A stretch of 64,000 nt of DNA, from NCBI GenBank assembly GCA_045613285.1, contig JAZLAQ010000035.1:4670-68669 (forward strand), in the 5' to 3' direction. The notes under the pieces are model-generated. The model was not told where the DNA came from and made no database searches. It saw only the letters and a program-made list of their open reading frames with translations. This document shows, one piece after another, positions 40,439 through 50,542 of the stretch (its first letter is position 1; the number at the start of each line of letters is the position of its first letter). The stretch is from Alphaproteobacteria bacterium (lineage in GTDB: Bacteria > Pseudomonadota > Alphaproteobacteria > CAAHEQ01 > UBA3637). The translations under genes were made by a program, and so were the position numbers.

Positions 40439-40960
40439 TTACACAATAATTTTTTTCTTATAGCGGGTAGGGGATATTTTTTTCTTTTTACTTTGACATT
40501 CCTTGTTGACAGGCACTTCTTTCATATAATCTACAAGAGTTTCAGAATCGATCTCGCCATTGACGTAAGAACATTTTTTCCATAATTGTCCGTTGTCGTA
40601 GTAACGTTCATACGCCCCGTTTTTCTTTCCTTTTTTATAAGTACATTTTAAAAAAAGATTACCATTGTCATGGTATGATTCATAATTGCCGTCTATTTTA
40701 TCTTTTTTATAGGTGCATTTTAAAAACATTTGTCCATTTTTGCTGTATGCTTCATAGGAACCGTGTTTTTTTCCTTTTTCATAGGAACACTTCATAAATA
40801 ATTGTCCTTGTTCGTCATAGTTTTCATATAAACCATGCAATTGGCCTTTACGGTTAATAACATAAACGGATTTGATTGTTTTGCCGTCAGGATGATATTC
40901 AATCTTTTTTTCTAATTTCATCATATTCTCTCCCTTTCTGATGATAAAATTTGTCTTCAC
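40439..40960 (-). CDS. MORN-repeat (MORN_2/YwqK-like) protein with polybasic C-tail
   Basis: Five-plus repeats of G.YE.Y..NGQ.F.KC.YKKGKK.G; C-terminus SKKKKISPTRYKKKIIV. Confidence 0.65.
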   Translation of the reverse strand: MKTNFIIRKGENMMKLEKKIEYHPDGKTIKSVYVINRKGQLHGLYENYDEQGQLFMKCSYEKGKKHGSYEAYSKNGQMFLKCTYKKDKIDGNYESYHDNGNLFLKCTYKKGKKNGAYERYYDNGQLWKKCSYVNGEIDSETLVDYMKEVPVNKECQSKKKKISPTRYKKKIIV

Positions 40961-41028
40961 AAACTCATTTTATCACAACTTTTAAATTTGTCAATATTTT
41001 TTAAAAATAAGCAAGAAAAAAATAGGGG

Positions 41029-42435
41029 TTAATTATTATTTATCTTTTTGATTTTAAAATATAATAGAGTGGATAATATCATTGTTCCTATTATACCAAA
41101 ATAGCGAGAATTGATAATATTCCAGTTTAAAAATATTTTGGCATATGCCAAGTAAGTCAGGCAAACACTTGTCATAAATAAGGCTGGTAATAACGATATC
41201 CAAAAGTTTTTCTTTTTTTCATACAGGTAAAAAGTGCCAGTCCACAACATAATAGTTGCCAACATCTGATTAGACCATCCGAAATAGAGCCAGATTTTAT
41301 TTAAATCAATGAAAGCTAATATTATTGAAATACTTAAAATGACAGTTGTTAGGATTAGACGATTTTGCATTTTTTTCTGATTTATTTTTAAAATGTCTGC
41401 AGTTGATAAACGGGCTGAACGAAGGGCTGTGTCTCCGGATGTAATGGTTAGGGCAATGACAGATAAAAGTGTTAAAATTCCGCCTGCTTTTCCTAATAAT
41501 GTAGAAGATATTTCCGAAACTACAGATCCGGGATCCCCAGTTGATCCTAATGCTATATTTAAGCCTTCCGTTCCGTTGTAAAAGGCTATCCCAAGCGTTG
41601 CCCAAATTAAAGCAATTAGGCCTTCCAGAATCATGGCACCGTAAAAAATTGGTCTGGCGTATCGTTCATTTGTAACACATCTTGCCATCAAGGGGGACTG
41701 TGTTGCATGAAAACCACTGATAGCACCGCAGGCAATCGTAATAAACATCAGCGGGAAAATCGGGAGGTTATTGGGATTTTGATTTAGTGTATTTAAGTTA
41801 GGATAAAATATCATGTCCTTTGTGAATAGTACAATCAATAATAAAACAGTTGATATAATCAAACAAGAAGCAAAAATCGGATAAAAACGACCGATAATTT
41901 TATCTATTGGTAATAAGGTCGCTAAAAAATAATAGGCAAATATGATAGCCAACCAAATTCCAAAAGCTATACCCGTTTGAGACGATAAAATAGAGGCAGG
42001 AATTTGTGCAAAAATAGAACCGACCAAAATTAACAAGAAGACCAGTAGAACAGAAAAAATAAAATTAAAACAGGAACCAAAAAAGCGTTTTACAAAGAAA
42101 GTCATTGTTTGCCCTTGGCTACGTAGAGAAATAACGCCGGAAAGCATATCATGGACAGCCCCCGCAAAAATAGAACCAAATACAATCCAAATCAAACAAA
42201 CAGGTCCATATAATGCCCCTAATATTGCTCCAAAAACGGGACCGACGCCGGCAATATTTAAAAATTGAATTAAAAAAATCTTAGCAGGATGTAGTGGTAC
42301 AAAATCAACACCATCTGTTTTTGTTATTGCAGGTGTTATGTTTTTTTCACTAATCCCTAATATTTTTTCAACAAATAAACCGTAAATCAGATATCCTAAC
42401 ACAAGCAGAACAGCAGATAGTATAAAAATATGCAT
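41029..42435 (-). CDS. cstA: CstA-family (carbon starvation protein A) transporter, short form
   Basis: CstA signature FLIQFLNIAGVGPVFGAILGALYGP; about 14 TM helices; 468 aa. Confidence 0.75.
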   Translation of the reverse strand: MHIFILSAVLLVLGYLIYGLFVEKILGISEKNITPAITKTDGVDFVPLHPAKIFLIQFLNIAGVGPVFGAILGALYGPVCLIWIVFGSIFAGAVHDMLSGVISLRSQGQTMTFFVKRFFGSCFNFIFSVLLVFLLILVGSIFAQIPASILSSQTGIAFGIWLAIIFAYYFLATLLPIDKIIGRFYPIFASCLIISTVLLLIVLFTKDMIFYPNLNTLNQNPNNLPIFPLMFITIACGAISGFHATQSPLMARCVTNERYARPIFYGAMILEGLIALIWATLGIAFYNGTEGLNIALGSTGDPGSVVSEISSTLLGKAGGILTLLSVIALTITSGDTALRSARLSTADILKINQKKMQNRLILTTVILSISIILAFIDLNKIWLYFGWSNQMLATIMLWTGTFYLYEKKKNFWISLLPALFMTSVCLTYLAYAKIFLNWNIINSRYFGIIGTMILSTLLYFKIKKINNN

Positions 42436-42487
42436 AAATAACTCCTTTGGGATAATAAAGGAATAAAAAACGGATACGGTTAAAAAT

Positions 42488-44554
42488 CTAACCGTCTTCT
42501 AAGAAACTGCGTAACCGTCTGGAACGACTTGGATGCTTTAACTTTCGCAGAGCTTTTGCCTCAATCTGGCGTATTCGTTCACGTGTAACGGCAAACTGAG
42601 CCCCAACTTCTTCCAAAGTATGATCCGTATTCATTCCGATACCGAAACGCATACGTAATACACGTTCTTCTCTAGGTGATAAAGTGGATAAAACCGCTGT
42701 ACAAGATTGACGTAAATTTGTCTGAATACAAGCTTCTAACGGTTGTAGTGTATTTTTATCTTCGATAAAATCACCCAGATGACTGTCTTCTTCATCACCA
42801 ACCGGTGTTTCTAACGAAATTGGCTCTTTTGCAATTTTTAAGACTTTTTTAATCTTTTCAACAGACATATTAACGCGAGGAGCCAATTCTTCTGGAGTGG
42901 GTTCTAGACCGGTTTCCAATTGGATTTGTCGGCTTGTCCGTAACATCTTATTGATGGTTTCAATCATATGAACCGGGATACGAATGGTGCGGGCTTGATC
43001 TGCGATGGCACGGGTAATGGACTGACGTATCCACCAAGTTGCATAAGTCGAAAATTTATAACCACGTTGATACTCAAATTTATCAACGGCTTTCATTAGA
43101 CCGATATTTCCTTCCTGAATTAAGTCCAAGAATTGAAGTCCCCGATTTGTATATTTTTTTGAAATGGAAATAACCAAACGAAGGTTTGCTTCAATCATTT
43201 CTTGCTTGGCCTTTTCGGTTTCTAATCTGCCTTTTTTTACCATAGAAACCAGTTTTCTGAATTCCCCGATTGGCATTTCTACCTGTTCAATTAAGGTTTG
43301 AATGGTTGTTCGTATCCCTAATATTTCGGGTTTATGTTTAATACAAAACGATTGCCAACATTTATCTGTCTTTTTTGAAACTTTGGATAACCATTTAGGA
43401 TCGTTTTCACTATCTTTATAAAAAGATAAGAAATCTTCACGATCAATATGTTCTGCAGTAGCTAAACGTAGTAATTTTCCTTCTTGCATCAACAATTTTT
43501 GACTGATGTCATCAACTTGATCGATTAAATCTTCAATCCGGTTTGGATTCAAATGTAATTCTTGAATGTTTTCCGTCAGTTTTAGCATAATTTCTTTATA
43601 TTTTGAAAGCGTTTTGGACGGAACTTCTTTTCCTTTTAAAAGGTAATTGACACGATCTTTTTGGACTTTTCTAAATTCTTGATAAATTTCAGTTATTTGC
43701 CCGAGGATTTGTAAAATTTTAGGGCGTATATTTTCTTCCATTTGACTGATGGATAAGAAACCTTCATATTCATCTTCGTCATCATCTTCTTCAATTCGTG
43801 GTGTTTGTTCTATATCGATAGAATCAATATCTTCTATATCATCTTTGGATGCTTTTTTAGCTTTTTTAGCTTCTTTTTGTTCTTTTGTTTTTTTTGAAGA
43901 AGATTTTTCTTCCTGTTCTAATTTTGATAAATCTTCACTGGCCTCTTTACGAATCTTTTCTGCCTTTTCTAATTGTTCTTTGTTTGGGCTTGCTTCCATT
44001 ACTGTTTCTAAATCAATAATGTCCCGAAGCATAATTTCTTCTTTTTCCAGTTTTTCATACCATTCTGTTAAAGATTTTTGTGTGGAAGCACATTCAGCCA
44101 ATCCCCAAATCATTACATGCGTTCCGGCAGAAATACGTTTTGCAATAGCAATTTCACCTTCACGTGATAAGAGATCCACGTTTCCCATTTCGCGCAAGTA
44201 TAAGCGAACAGGATCATTGATTCGTGCTACAACCTCTTCTGTATTATTTCCAACTGCAGAAACGGAACGTCCTTCTGTTTCTGTCAAATCGGTAATATCT
44301 TCTGTTCCTTCTATGACATTAATCCCCATGTCAGAAAAAGAGGCTAAAATGGTTTCTAACATATCATCGTTTTGAACTTCGGATGGAAGTACCTTTTTAA
44401 GGTCGGCCATGTAAACAAAGCCACGATCCTTCCCTTGTTCAATCAAGCGTTTCATTAAGGATTTCGAGTCAGAATTATCCATACTGAATGAATCTTCCGA
44501 TACTTCGTCGTTAAGTAAAATTGAGGTCATATTAGATCCGATCACTTTTTGCAA
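42488..44554 (-). CDS. rpoD: RNA polymerase sigma factor RpoD
   Basis: Regions 1.1-4.2 ([25 protein letters not shown]; [27 protein letters not shown]); acidic/lysine-rich non-conserved insert; 688 aa. Confidence 0.95.
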   Translation of the reverse strand: MQKVIGSNMTSILLNDEVSEDSFSMDNSDSKSLMKRLIEQGKDRGFVYMADLKKVLPSEVQNDDMLETILASFSDMGINVIEGTEDITDLTETEGRSVSAVGNNTEEVVARINDPVRLYLREMGNVDLLSREGEIAIAKRISAGTHVMIWGLAECASTQKSLTEWYEKLEKEEIMLRDIIDLETVMEASPNKEQLEKAEKIRKEASEDLSKLEQEEKSSSKKTKEQKEAKKAKKASKDDIEDIDSIDIEQTPRIEEDDDEDEYEGFLSISQMEENIRPKILQILGQITEIYQEFRKVQKDRVNYLLKGKEVPSKTLSKYKEIMLKLTENIQELHLNPNRIEDLIDQVDDISQKLLMQEGKLLRLATAEHIDREDFLSFYKDSENDPKWLSKVSKKTDKCWQSFCIKHKPEILGIRTTIQTLIEQVEMPIGEFRKLVSMVKKGRLETEKAKQEMIEANLRLVISISKKYTNRGLQFLDLIQEGNIGLMKAVDKFEYQRGYKFSTYATWWIRQSITRAIADQARTIRIPVHMIETINKMLRTSRQIQLETGLEPTPEELAPRVNMSVEKIKKVLKIAKEPISLETPVGDEEDSHLGDFIEDKNTLQPLEACIQTNLRQSCTAVLSTLSPREERVLRMRFGIGMNTDHTLEEVGAQFAVTRERIRQIEAKALRKLKHPSRSRRLRSFLEDG

Positions 44555-44605
44555 AAAAACAGATTAGGTTTTATTATATTCATTTTTTTTAAGAAGTCAA
44601 CGATT

Positions 44606-46342
44606 TTATTCGCTTTCTTGTAGTTTTTCTATTTCTTTTTTTAGTACCTTGATATTTTCCCATATTTCGGGATCGGGATTGTTAAAATAACTATTTGTTT
44701 TTTCTGATATTTCATTTTGTAAAATTTGGCGCTTGGATTCACGAATAATTTGGGATAATGTATTCGGAATTTCATGTGGGGGCTGACCTGATTTTTTTAT
44801 CATTTCAAATTCAGAAGATAAGATATTCGATGTATCTTGGTCTAATTTTTCCAGAATTTGTTTTGTGCTAATATCAGGTATTTCTAAAATTAAGGAAGTT
44901 GTTTGTTGCAGAATATTTTCCAATATTTTATCTGGCAAGGGTATAGATGCAATCTCATCCAGTAAAGATTCGGCAATTTGCGGGTAAAGAATAAGATAAG
45001 CCAATACCATACGGGCGTCTGATAATCCCGGGGTTGGTGCATGCATGGGCAGTATTGTTTTTTTTGTTTTTCCTTTTGATGTATGATTTAATTTCCATAT
45101 TCTGTTTTTAAAGTCTTTTTGATAATATCCGCGAACAACAGGATCTTGTATGATTTCTAGTGTTTCTTTAATGTCCTTTTCCAAAAGAGCCATTTTTTCA
45201 GGAGTGTCTGTCTGATGTTTTGATAATAAATCATCCCATAAGGTGTCAGAAAAACTACGGGCTTCTTTCAAAAGTTCGGCAAAGGTTTCGGGTGATTTTT
45301 TCCGAATAACATCATCCGGATCATAGGCGGAAGGTAGAGAAACAAAACGAAGGGATTTTCCGGATGTTAAAATCGGTAATGCCCGATATAATGCTCGAAC
45401 AGCTGCTTTTTGACCGGCACCGTCCCCGTCAAAGCAAATTAAAGGTTCGTTACAGGACTGCCATAGAATTTTTATCTGATTTTCTGTAAATGCCGTCCCC
45501 AGTGGGGCAACGGCATTTGTAAAGCCGGCAGAATGCAGTGTAATAACGTCCATGTATCCTTCTACTAAAACGGCTTCGTTTTTTTTGCGAATAGTGTCAA
45601 TAGAATTTGGAAGGGCATAGAGTTGTTCTCCTTTATGAAACAGATTTGTTTCTGGAGAATTCAGGTATTTTGGTTCCCCTTTTTCTAACAATCGTCCGCC
45701 GAATGCAATAACCTGTCTGCGTTTATCTAAAATCGGAAACATAACCCGATTAAAAAAATAGTCCCGCCATAATCCTGTATGTTCATTTTTGACAACTAAT
45801 CCAAGGGACTGACATGTATTCATATCAAAGCCTTTGGATTGCAAGTGCTGTGCTAAAGATGATCCGCTGGGGGCATATCCTAATCGGAATTGTTTGGCAA
45901 CCGTTCCACTGATACCTCGTTTAATTAAATATTTTTTAGCTGCTTCTCCAGCTAATCCAAACAGCTGTGCCTGGAAAAATCGGCAGGCAGTTTCTGTAAT
46001 TTCTGTTAGATTTTTTCGTTGTTGCTCAAAATATTTTTGTCTGCTGGATTGTTCCGGCATGGGTAATCCCGCCATATCAGCTAAATGTTCAATCGCTTCC
46101 GGAAAGGGTAATTTGTCAATTTCCATTAAATAGCGAATAGCATCACCGTGAGCCCCACAACCGAAACAATGGTAGAATCCTTTTTCGTTGTTAATGGTGA
46201 ATGACGGTGTTTTTTCACGATGAAATGGACATAATCCGGTGTATTCATTACCACGTCGTGTCAATTTTACACGTCGTCCAATCAAGTCAGATAATGAAAT
46301 TTTATCGCGAAGCTCATCCAAAAATTGTGGCGGAAAATTCAT
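44606..46342 (-). CDS. dnaG: DNA primase
   Basis: Zinc-ribbon CPFHREKTPSFTINNEKGFYHCFGCGAHGD, TOPRIM domain (EGYMDVI, DGDGAG); 578 aa. Confidence 0.9.
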   Translation of the reverse strand: MNFPPQFLDELRDKISLSDLIGRRVKLTRRGNEYTGLCPFHREKTPSFTINNEKGFYHCFGCGAHGDAIRYLMEIDKLPFPEAIEHLADMAGLPMPEQSSRQKYFEQQRKNLTEITETACRFFQAQLFGLAGEAAKKYLIKRGISGTVAKQFRLGYAPSGSSLAQHLQSKGFDMNTCQSLGLVVKNEHTGLWRDYFFNRVMFPILDKRRQVIAFGGRLLEKGEPKYLNSPETNLFHKGEQLYALPNSIDTIRKKNEAVLVEGYMDVITLHSAGFTNAVAPLGTAFTENQIKILWQSCNEPLICFDGDGAGQKAAVRALYRALPILTSGKSLRFVSLPSAYDPDDVIRKKSPETFAELLKEARSFSDTLWDDLLSKHQTDTPEKMALLEKDIKETLEIIQDPVVRGYYQKDFKNRIWKLNHTSKGKTKKTILPMHAPTPGLSDARMVLAYLILYPQIAESLLDEIASIPLPDKILENILQQTTSLILEIPDISTKQILEKLDQDTSNILSSEFEMIKKSGQPPHEIPNTLSQIIRESKRQILQNEISEKTNSYFNNPDPEIWENIKVLKKEIEKLQESE

Positions 46343-46345
46343 TTA

Positions 46346-46804
46346 CTATCCCAAAACACTTTTGATCAAAGCGGATGCTTTTCCCATATCTAATTGACCA
46401 GCATATTTTGATTTTAAAACCCCCATTACTTTACCCATGTCTTTGATGGATGAAGCCCCTGTTTCCGTGACAATTTGTTGAATAGCTGCTTTTACTTCTT
46501 CTTCGGACATTTGTTTGGGTAAGAATATTTGAATGACATCTATTTCTGCTTGTTCTTTGGCAACTAAATCAGACCGACCGCCTTTAGTGTACATATCGAT
46601 ACTTTCACGACGTTGTTTAATCATAGACTGTAATAAAGATAAAATTGCACTGTCATCGATACCATCGGTAATTCCTTTAGGACGTGCTTCAATGTCTTTG
46701 TCTTTGATAGCTGCATTTATTAAACGCAGGGTACCTGTTGTTTTTTCATCTTTTGCCTTCATGGCTTCTACTAATTTATTTTTTATTTGCTCTCTTATCA
46801 TCAA
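46346..46804 (-). CDS. GatB/YqeY domain protein
   Basis: 152 aa, YqeY-like helical domain; immediately downstream of dnaG. Confidence 0.8.
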   Translation of the reverse strand: MMIREQIKNKLVEAMKAKDEKTTGTLRLINAAIKDKDIEARPKGITDGIDDSAILSLLQSMIKQRRESIDMYTKGGRSDLVAKEQAEIDVIQIFLPKQMSEEEVKAAIQQIVTETGASSIKDMGKVMGVLKSKYAGQLDMGKASALIKSVLG

Positions 46805-46926
46805 AATACTCCTGTTTAATTGTGAATAACAAGGATATTATACTTTTTTTTTAGGAAAAATGAAAGAAAAATCTTGCGTCTGCTTTTTTTTTTATTTATA
46901 AGTGAATAAAAAAGGATGCTAAAAAA

Positions 46927-47613
46927 ATGATCGAAATAATTTTGCTTGGATTTGTGCTTGGATTTTTAATACCGGTTACTGCTGGTCGTTTTGGTAAGGT
47001 TTTACCGGCAGACCCTGGTATGGTGTTATTGAAATTGTGGCATTCACCGCATTTCCCAAGAACAAATGATGTCTATCGGACACGATTATTACGAAAAAAA
47101 TGGATAAAACTTTGGCTTTATTCTGTTTTTTGGGGAAGTATTATGGCTATTCTTTTTGGTTTAACGCCTGTCTTGTTAAAACCGTCTATTCATTTATCAG
47201 CTTATTTTTTCTTCGTTATTATCGGTTTTTGTATTGTTGTTGATATTAAATATTTTCTATTGCCTGACTTTTTTACCATTCCGTTATTATTATTTGGTTT
47301 TTATGCTAGTTTATCAAGTGATGTACTGCTTCCTGATAACAGCATTTTTGGTGCATTTTTTGGTTATTTGATAGCTGTTATAGCTGTTTTACTGACCGGT
47401 TTTGTAAAACAATCCGAATTAGGATCCGGTGATGTAAAAATGATGACGGCATTAGGTGCGTGGTTGGGGATATCGGGATTAAATTATACACTTTTATTGT
47501 CTTTTTTCTTTTTTTCAATTCCGGCTTTTTTCTATGAACAAAAACGAGGTGCTTATGGACCGGCATTAGGAATTGCCGGTTTAATCACGTTCTTTATTAT
47601 TTATGCAAAATAA
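46927..47613 (+). CDS. Prepilin peptidase, A24 family (TadV/CpaA-like, lacking N-terminal zinc domain)
   Basis: Polytopic membrane protein with the second catalytic Asp motif GSGDVKMMTALGAWLG; 228 aa. Confidence 0.65.
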   Translation: MIEIILLGFVLGFLIPVTAGRFGKVLPADPGMVLLKLWHSPHFPRTNDVYRTRLLRKKWIKLWLYSVFWGSIMAILFGLTPVLLKPSIHLSAYFFFVIIGFCIVVDIKYFLLPDFFTIPLLLFGFYASLSSDVLLPDNSIFGAFFGYLIAVIAVLLTGFVKQSELGSGDVKMMTALGAWLGISGLNYTLLLSFFFFSIPAFFYEQKRGAYGPALGIAGLITFFIIYAK

Positions 47614-47671
47614 TGCTTTACAAATGGAATAAAAAAGGTTAGAATAGCACTTATTTTAAAAGAGGTTTATT

Positions 47672-48589
47672 ATGCTGAATGAAGAAAATGAAACAGAACC
47701 GGTATCAGTCGGTGATGAAAAAAAAGTGTCAGATAATATAGAACAAGAAGATTTAAGCTTGGGTGAATTATTACAACAAGCCCGTAAACGCAAACGGATG
47801 CGGTTGCCTTCTATTGCTAAAAAATTATGTATTAAAGAAGTTTATTTGGACGCTTTGGAACGGGGGCATTATTATGCTTTTCCGGCTTTGGTGTACGGGA
47901 TAGGTTTTTTGCGGACATATTCTGCTTTTTTAGGACTGAAACCGGATGATATGGTTGATTTGTTCCAGAAAGAAACGAATGATATTAAACATGAAAAATT
48001 GAAAATGCCTCAGGCAACGGATCCAAAAGTTTTGCCCTCGATTAAAACGATTATAAAATCTTTAGTGGCGTTGTTTTTATTAACTGTTATATGGTATTTG
48101 TTTGAAGTTATCAGGTATGAACCATTACCTGAAATTCCTTTACCACAAACGGAAGTGTTAATTGAACCCGAAGAAGTAATACCAGAAGTTCCTTTAACAG
48201 CGGACGAAATCCAAACAGGGAGTGAAAGCGAACTAGAAAAAATAGCAGAATCCTCAAAAAAAACGCCGGTAGTCAGTGAGGTTAAGAAAATAGATAGAAA
48301 ACCGATAACTTACGGGCTGAAAAAAGTAGCTCGTGTTTCTTTTGTGGCAACAGAAGATACTTGGATTGAGGTTCGGGATGTTGAAGCCGATCAGGTTTTC
48401 ATTAAACAGACTTTACAGGCTGGTGATCGCTATAATCCGGATGAAGATTCAGAAGGATTGGTTTTAAAAACAACCAATGCCGGCGGATTGGATGTTTATG
48501 TAGACGGAAAGAAAATAAAAACATTGGGCAAAAGAAATCAGACAAAAGCTAATGTTTTAATGGATGCAGATAATTTACTGAAAGATTAA
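47672..48589 (+). CDS. rodZ: RodZ-like cytoskeleton protein (HTH + single TM + C-terminal DUF4115)
   Basis: XRE-type HTH (LGELLQQARKRKRMRLPSIAKKLCIKEVYLDALE), central TM, C-terminal beta-rich domain. Confidence 0.65.
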   Translation: MLNEENETEPVSVGDEKKVSDNIEQEDLSLGELLQQARKRKRMRLPSIAKKLCIKEVYLDALERGHYYAFPALVYGIGFLRTYSAFLGLKPDDMVDLFQKETNDIKHEKLKMPQATDPKVLPSIKTIIKSLVALFLLTVIWYLFEVIRYEPLPEIPLPQTEVLIEPEEVIPEVPLTADEIQTGSESELEKIAESSKKTPVVSEVKKIDRKPITYGLKKVARVSFVATEDTWIEVRDVEADQVFIKQTLQAGDRYNPDEDSEGLVLKTTNAGGLDVYVDGKKIKTLGKRNQTKANVLMDADNLLKD

Positions 48590-48592
48590 AAA

Positions 48593-49660
48593 ATGAATTT
48601 TGAACAAAAATTAGAAACGATTTTATCCCGTTATGAGGAAGTAACCGCTTTATTGGCTGAAGGTGCCAGTGGTGATTCTTTTGTAAAATTATCCAAGGAA
48701 TTGAGTTCTCTGGAAGATATTGTTAAAGTTGGTCATGACTATAAAAAGTGTGTTGAAAATTTGGCTGATGCCGAAATGATGTTAACCGATGGTGATTTAG
48801 ATGCCGAAATGAAAGAAATGGCAGAAGAAGAAGCTCGAGAATTGAAAGAAAAATTGCCAGAACTGGAAAAACAGGTACAAATATTGCTATTGCCCCGTGA
48901 TGAAGCCGATGACCGAAATGTTATTTTGGAAGTCCGTGCCGGAACCGGTGGTGAAGAAGCTGCTTTGTTTGGGGCAGAACTATTCCGTATGTATGAACGG
49001 TATGCTGCCAATCGGGGGTGGAAGTTTGAAATATTGTCTTTAAATGAAACAGGATTGGGTGGATATAAAGAAGCTGTCGCCCAGATTTCGGGAAATGCTG
49101 TTTTTGCCAGATTGAAGTTTGAATCGGGTGCTCATCGGGTTCAACGTGTTCCTGAAACGGAAGCCGGTGGACGGGTGCATACTTCTGCGGCGACCGTTGC
49201 TGTATTGCCGGAAGCTCAAGAAGTGGATGTAAAAATTAATGAAGCAGATTTGGAAATAACAACCTGTCGTGCTTCCGGTGCCGGTGGTCAGCACGTTAAC
49301 AAAACAGACAGTGCCATTCGAATTGTGCATAAGCCGACGGGTATTGCAGTTGAATGTCAGGAAGAGCGATCTCAATTTAAAAACAAAGAAAAGGCAATGA
49401 CACGGTTAAGAACGGCTTTATACGATATGCAACGACAGGCTTTGGATAAAGAACGTTCTCAAAACCGGAAATTACAGGTGGGATCCGGTGATCGGTCTGA
49501 ACGTATCAGAACTTATAATTTCCCGCAAGGTCGGGTGACAGATCATCGGATTAATAAAACGGGTTATCAATTACATGAATTTATGGATGGTAATCTGGAT
49601 GAGTTTATTGAAGCTTTGATTTTAGAAGACCAAATGGAACGTTTGGCGGAAATGGATTAA
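48593..49660 (+). CDS. prfA: Peptide chain release factor 1
   Basis: PxT-type tripeptide region and GGQ motif ([18 protein letters not shown]); 355 aa. Confidence 0.95.
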   Translation: MNFEQKLETILSRYEEVTALLAEGASGDSFVKLSKELSSLEDIVKVGHDYKKCVENLADAEMMLTDGDLDAEMKEMAEEEARELKEKLPELEKQVQILLLPRDEADDRNVILEVRAGTGGEEAALFGAELFRMYERYAANRGWKFEILSLNETGLGGYKEAVAQISGNAVFARLKFESGAHRVQRVPETEAGGRVHTSAATVAVLPEAQEVDVKINEADLEITTCRASGAGGQHVNKTDSAIRIVHKPTGIAVECQEERSQFKNKEKAMTRLRTALYDMQRQALDKERSQNRKLQVGSGDRSERIRTYNFPQGRVTDHRINKTGYQLHEFMDGNLDEFIEALILEDQMERLAEMD

Positions 49661-50461
49661 ATGGTTTCTGTTGACAAGGATATCATTCAAAAATTAAAAC
49701 AAGTTTCCGAAACACCTTCTTTGGATCTCCGTTTATTGAAAGCATATGCTGAAAAAGAAAAATTAAATCTGGATGATTTAATCAGACGGCGTTTGATCAA
49801 TGAGCCGGTTAGTAAAATTATTGGTAAACGTGGTTTTTGGAAATCGGATTTTATAACAACACCGGATGTATTGGATCCCAGACCAGATTCGGAAACAATG
49901 ATAGAAACTGTTTTATCTTTTTATCCTGATAAAACAAGAAAGTTACATATTTTAGATATTGGTATCGGTAGTGGTTGTCTTCTATTCAGTATATTGGATG
50001 AATACCCCAATGCACAGGGTGTGGGAATAGATAAATCCGAAAAAGCATTGGCAATAGCAGAAAAAAATAAAGAAAACAGACCGGCGACCTTGTATCAAAG
50101 GGACTTTTTTATATCGGATTGGTTTCAAGGATTAGGAAAATTTGATATAATTATTTCAAATCCACCGTATATCCCTAGTCAGGATATATCTTTGTTATCT
50201 GATGAAGTTCGAAAATATGATCCGTTGTTGGCGTTGGATGGTGGGGAAGATGGTTTGGATGCTTATCGGGCTTTATCAAAGAGTGCTTTAAATTTATTGA
50301 CAGAAAATGGTAGTTTATTTCTGGAAATTGGTATCGATCAGGGAGCAGATGTTCGCTCTTTATTTGAAAATTTTGGTTTTAAGTTTGTTCGGTCTGTGTC
50401 TGATTTGGGGCAAATAGAACGAATACTTGTTTTTCAAAAATCGCCAATCCCCTATAAATAA
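49661..50461 (+). CDS. prmC: Release factor glutamine N5-methyltransferase PrmC (HemK)
   Basis: SAM motif LDIGIGSGC and NPPY motif; adjacent to prfA. Confidence 0.85.
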   Translation: MVSVDKDIIQKLKQVSETPSLDLRLLKAYAEKEKLNLDDLIRRRLINEPVSKIIGKRGFWKSDFITTPDVLDPRPDSETMIETVLSFYPDKTRKLHILDIGIGSGCLLFSILDEYPNAQGVGIDKSEKALAIAEKNKENRPATLYQRDFFISDWFQGLGKFDIIISNPPYIPSQDISLLSDEVRKYDPLLALDGGEDGLDAYRALSKSALNLLTENGSLFLEIGIDQGADVRSLFENFGFKFVRSVSDLGQIERILVFQKSPIPYK

Positions 50462-50542
50462 ATTGATAGATTCGATACGAAATACCACTTGATTTTTTTC
50501 TTTAAAAATAGTATAATATCTGATCCAAAAGAAGGAGCCGGT

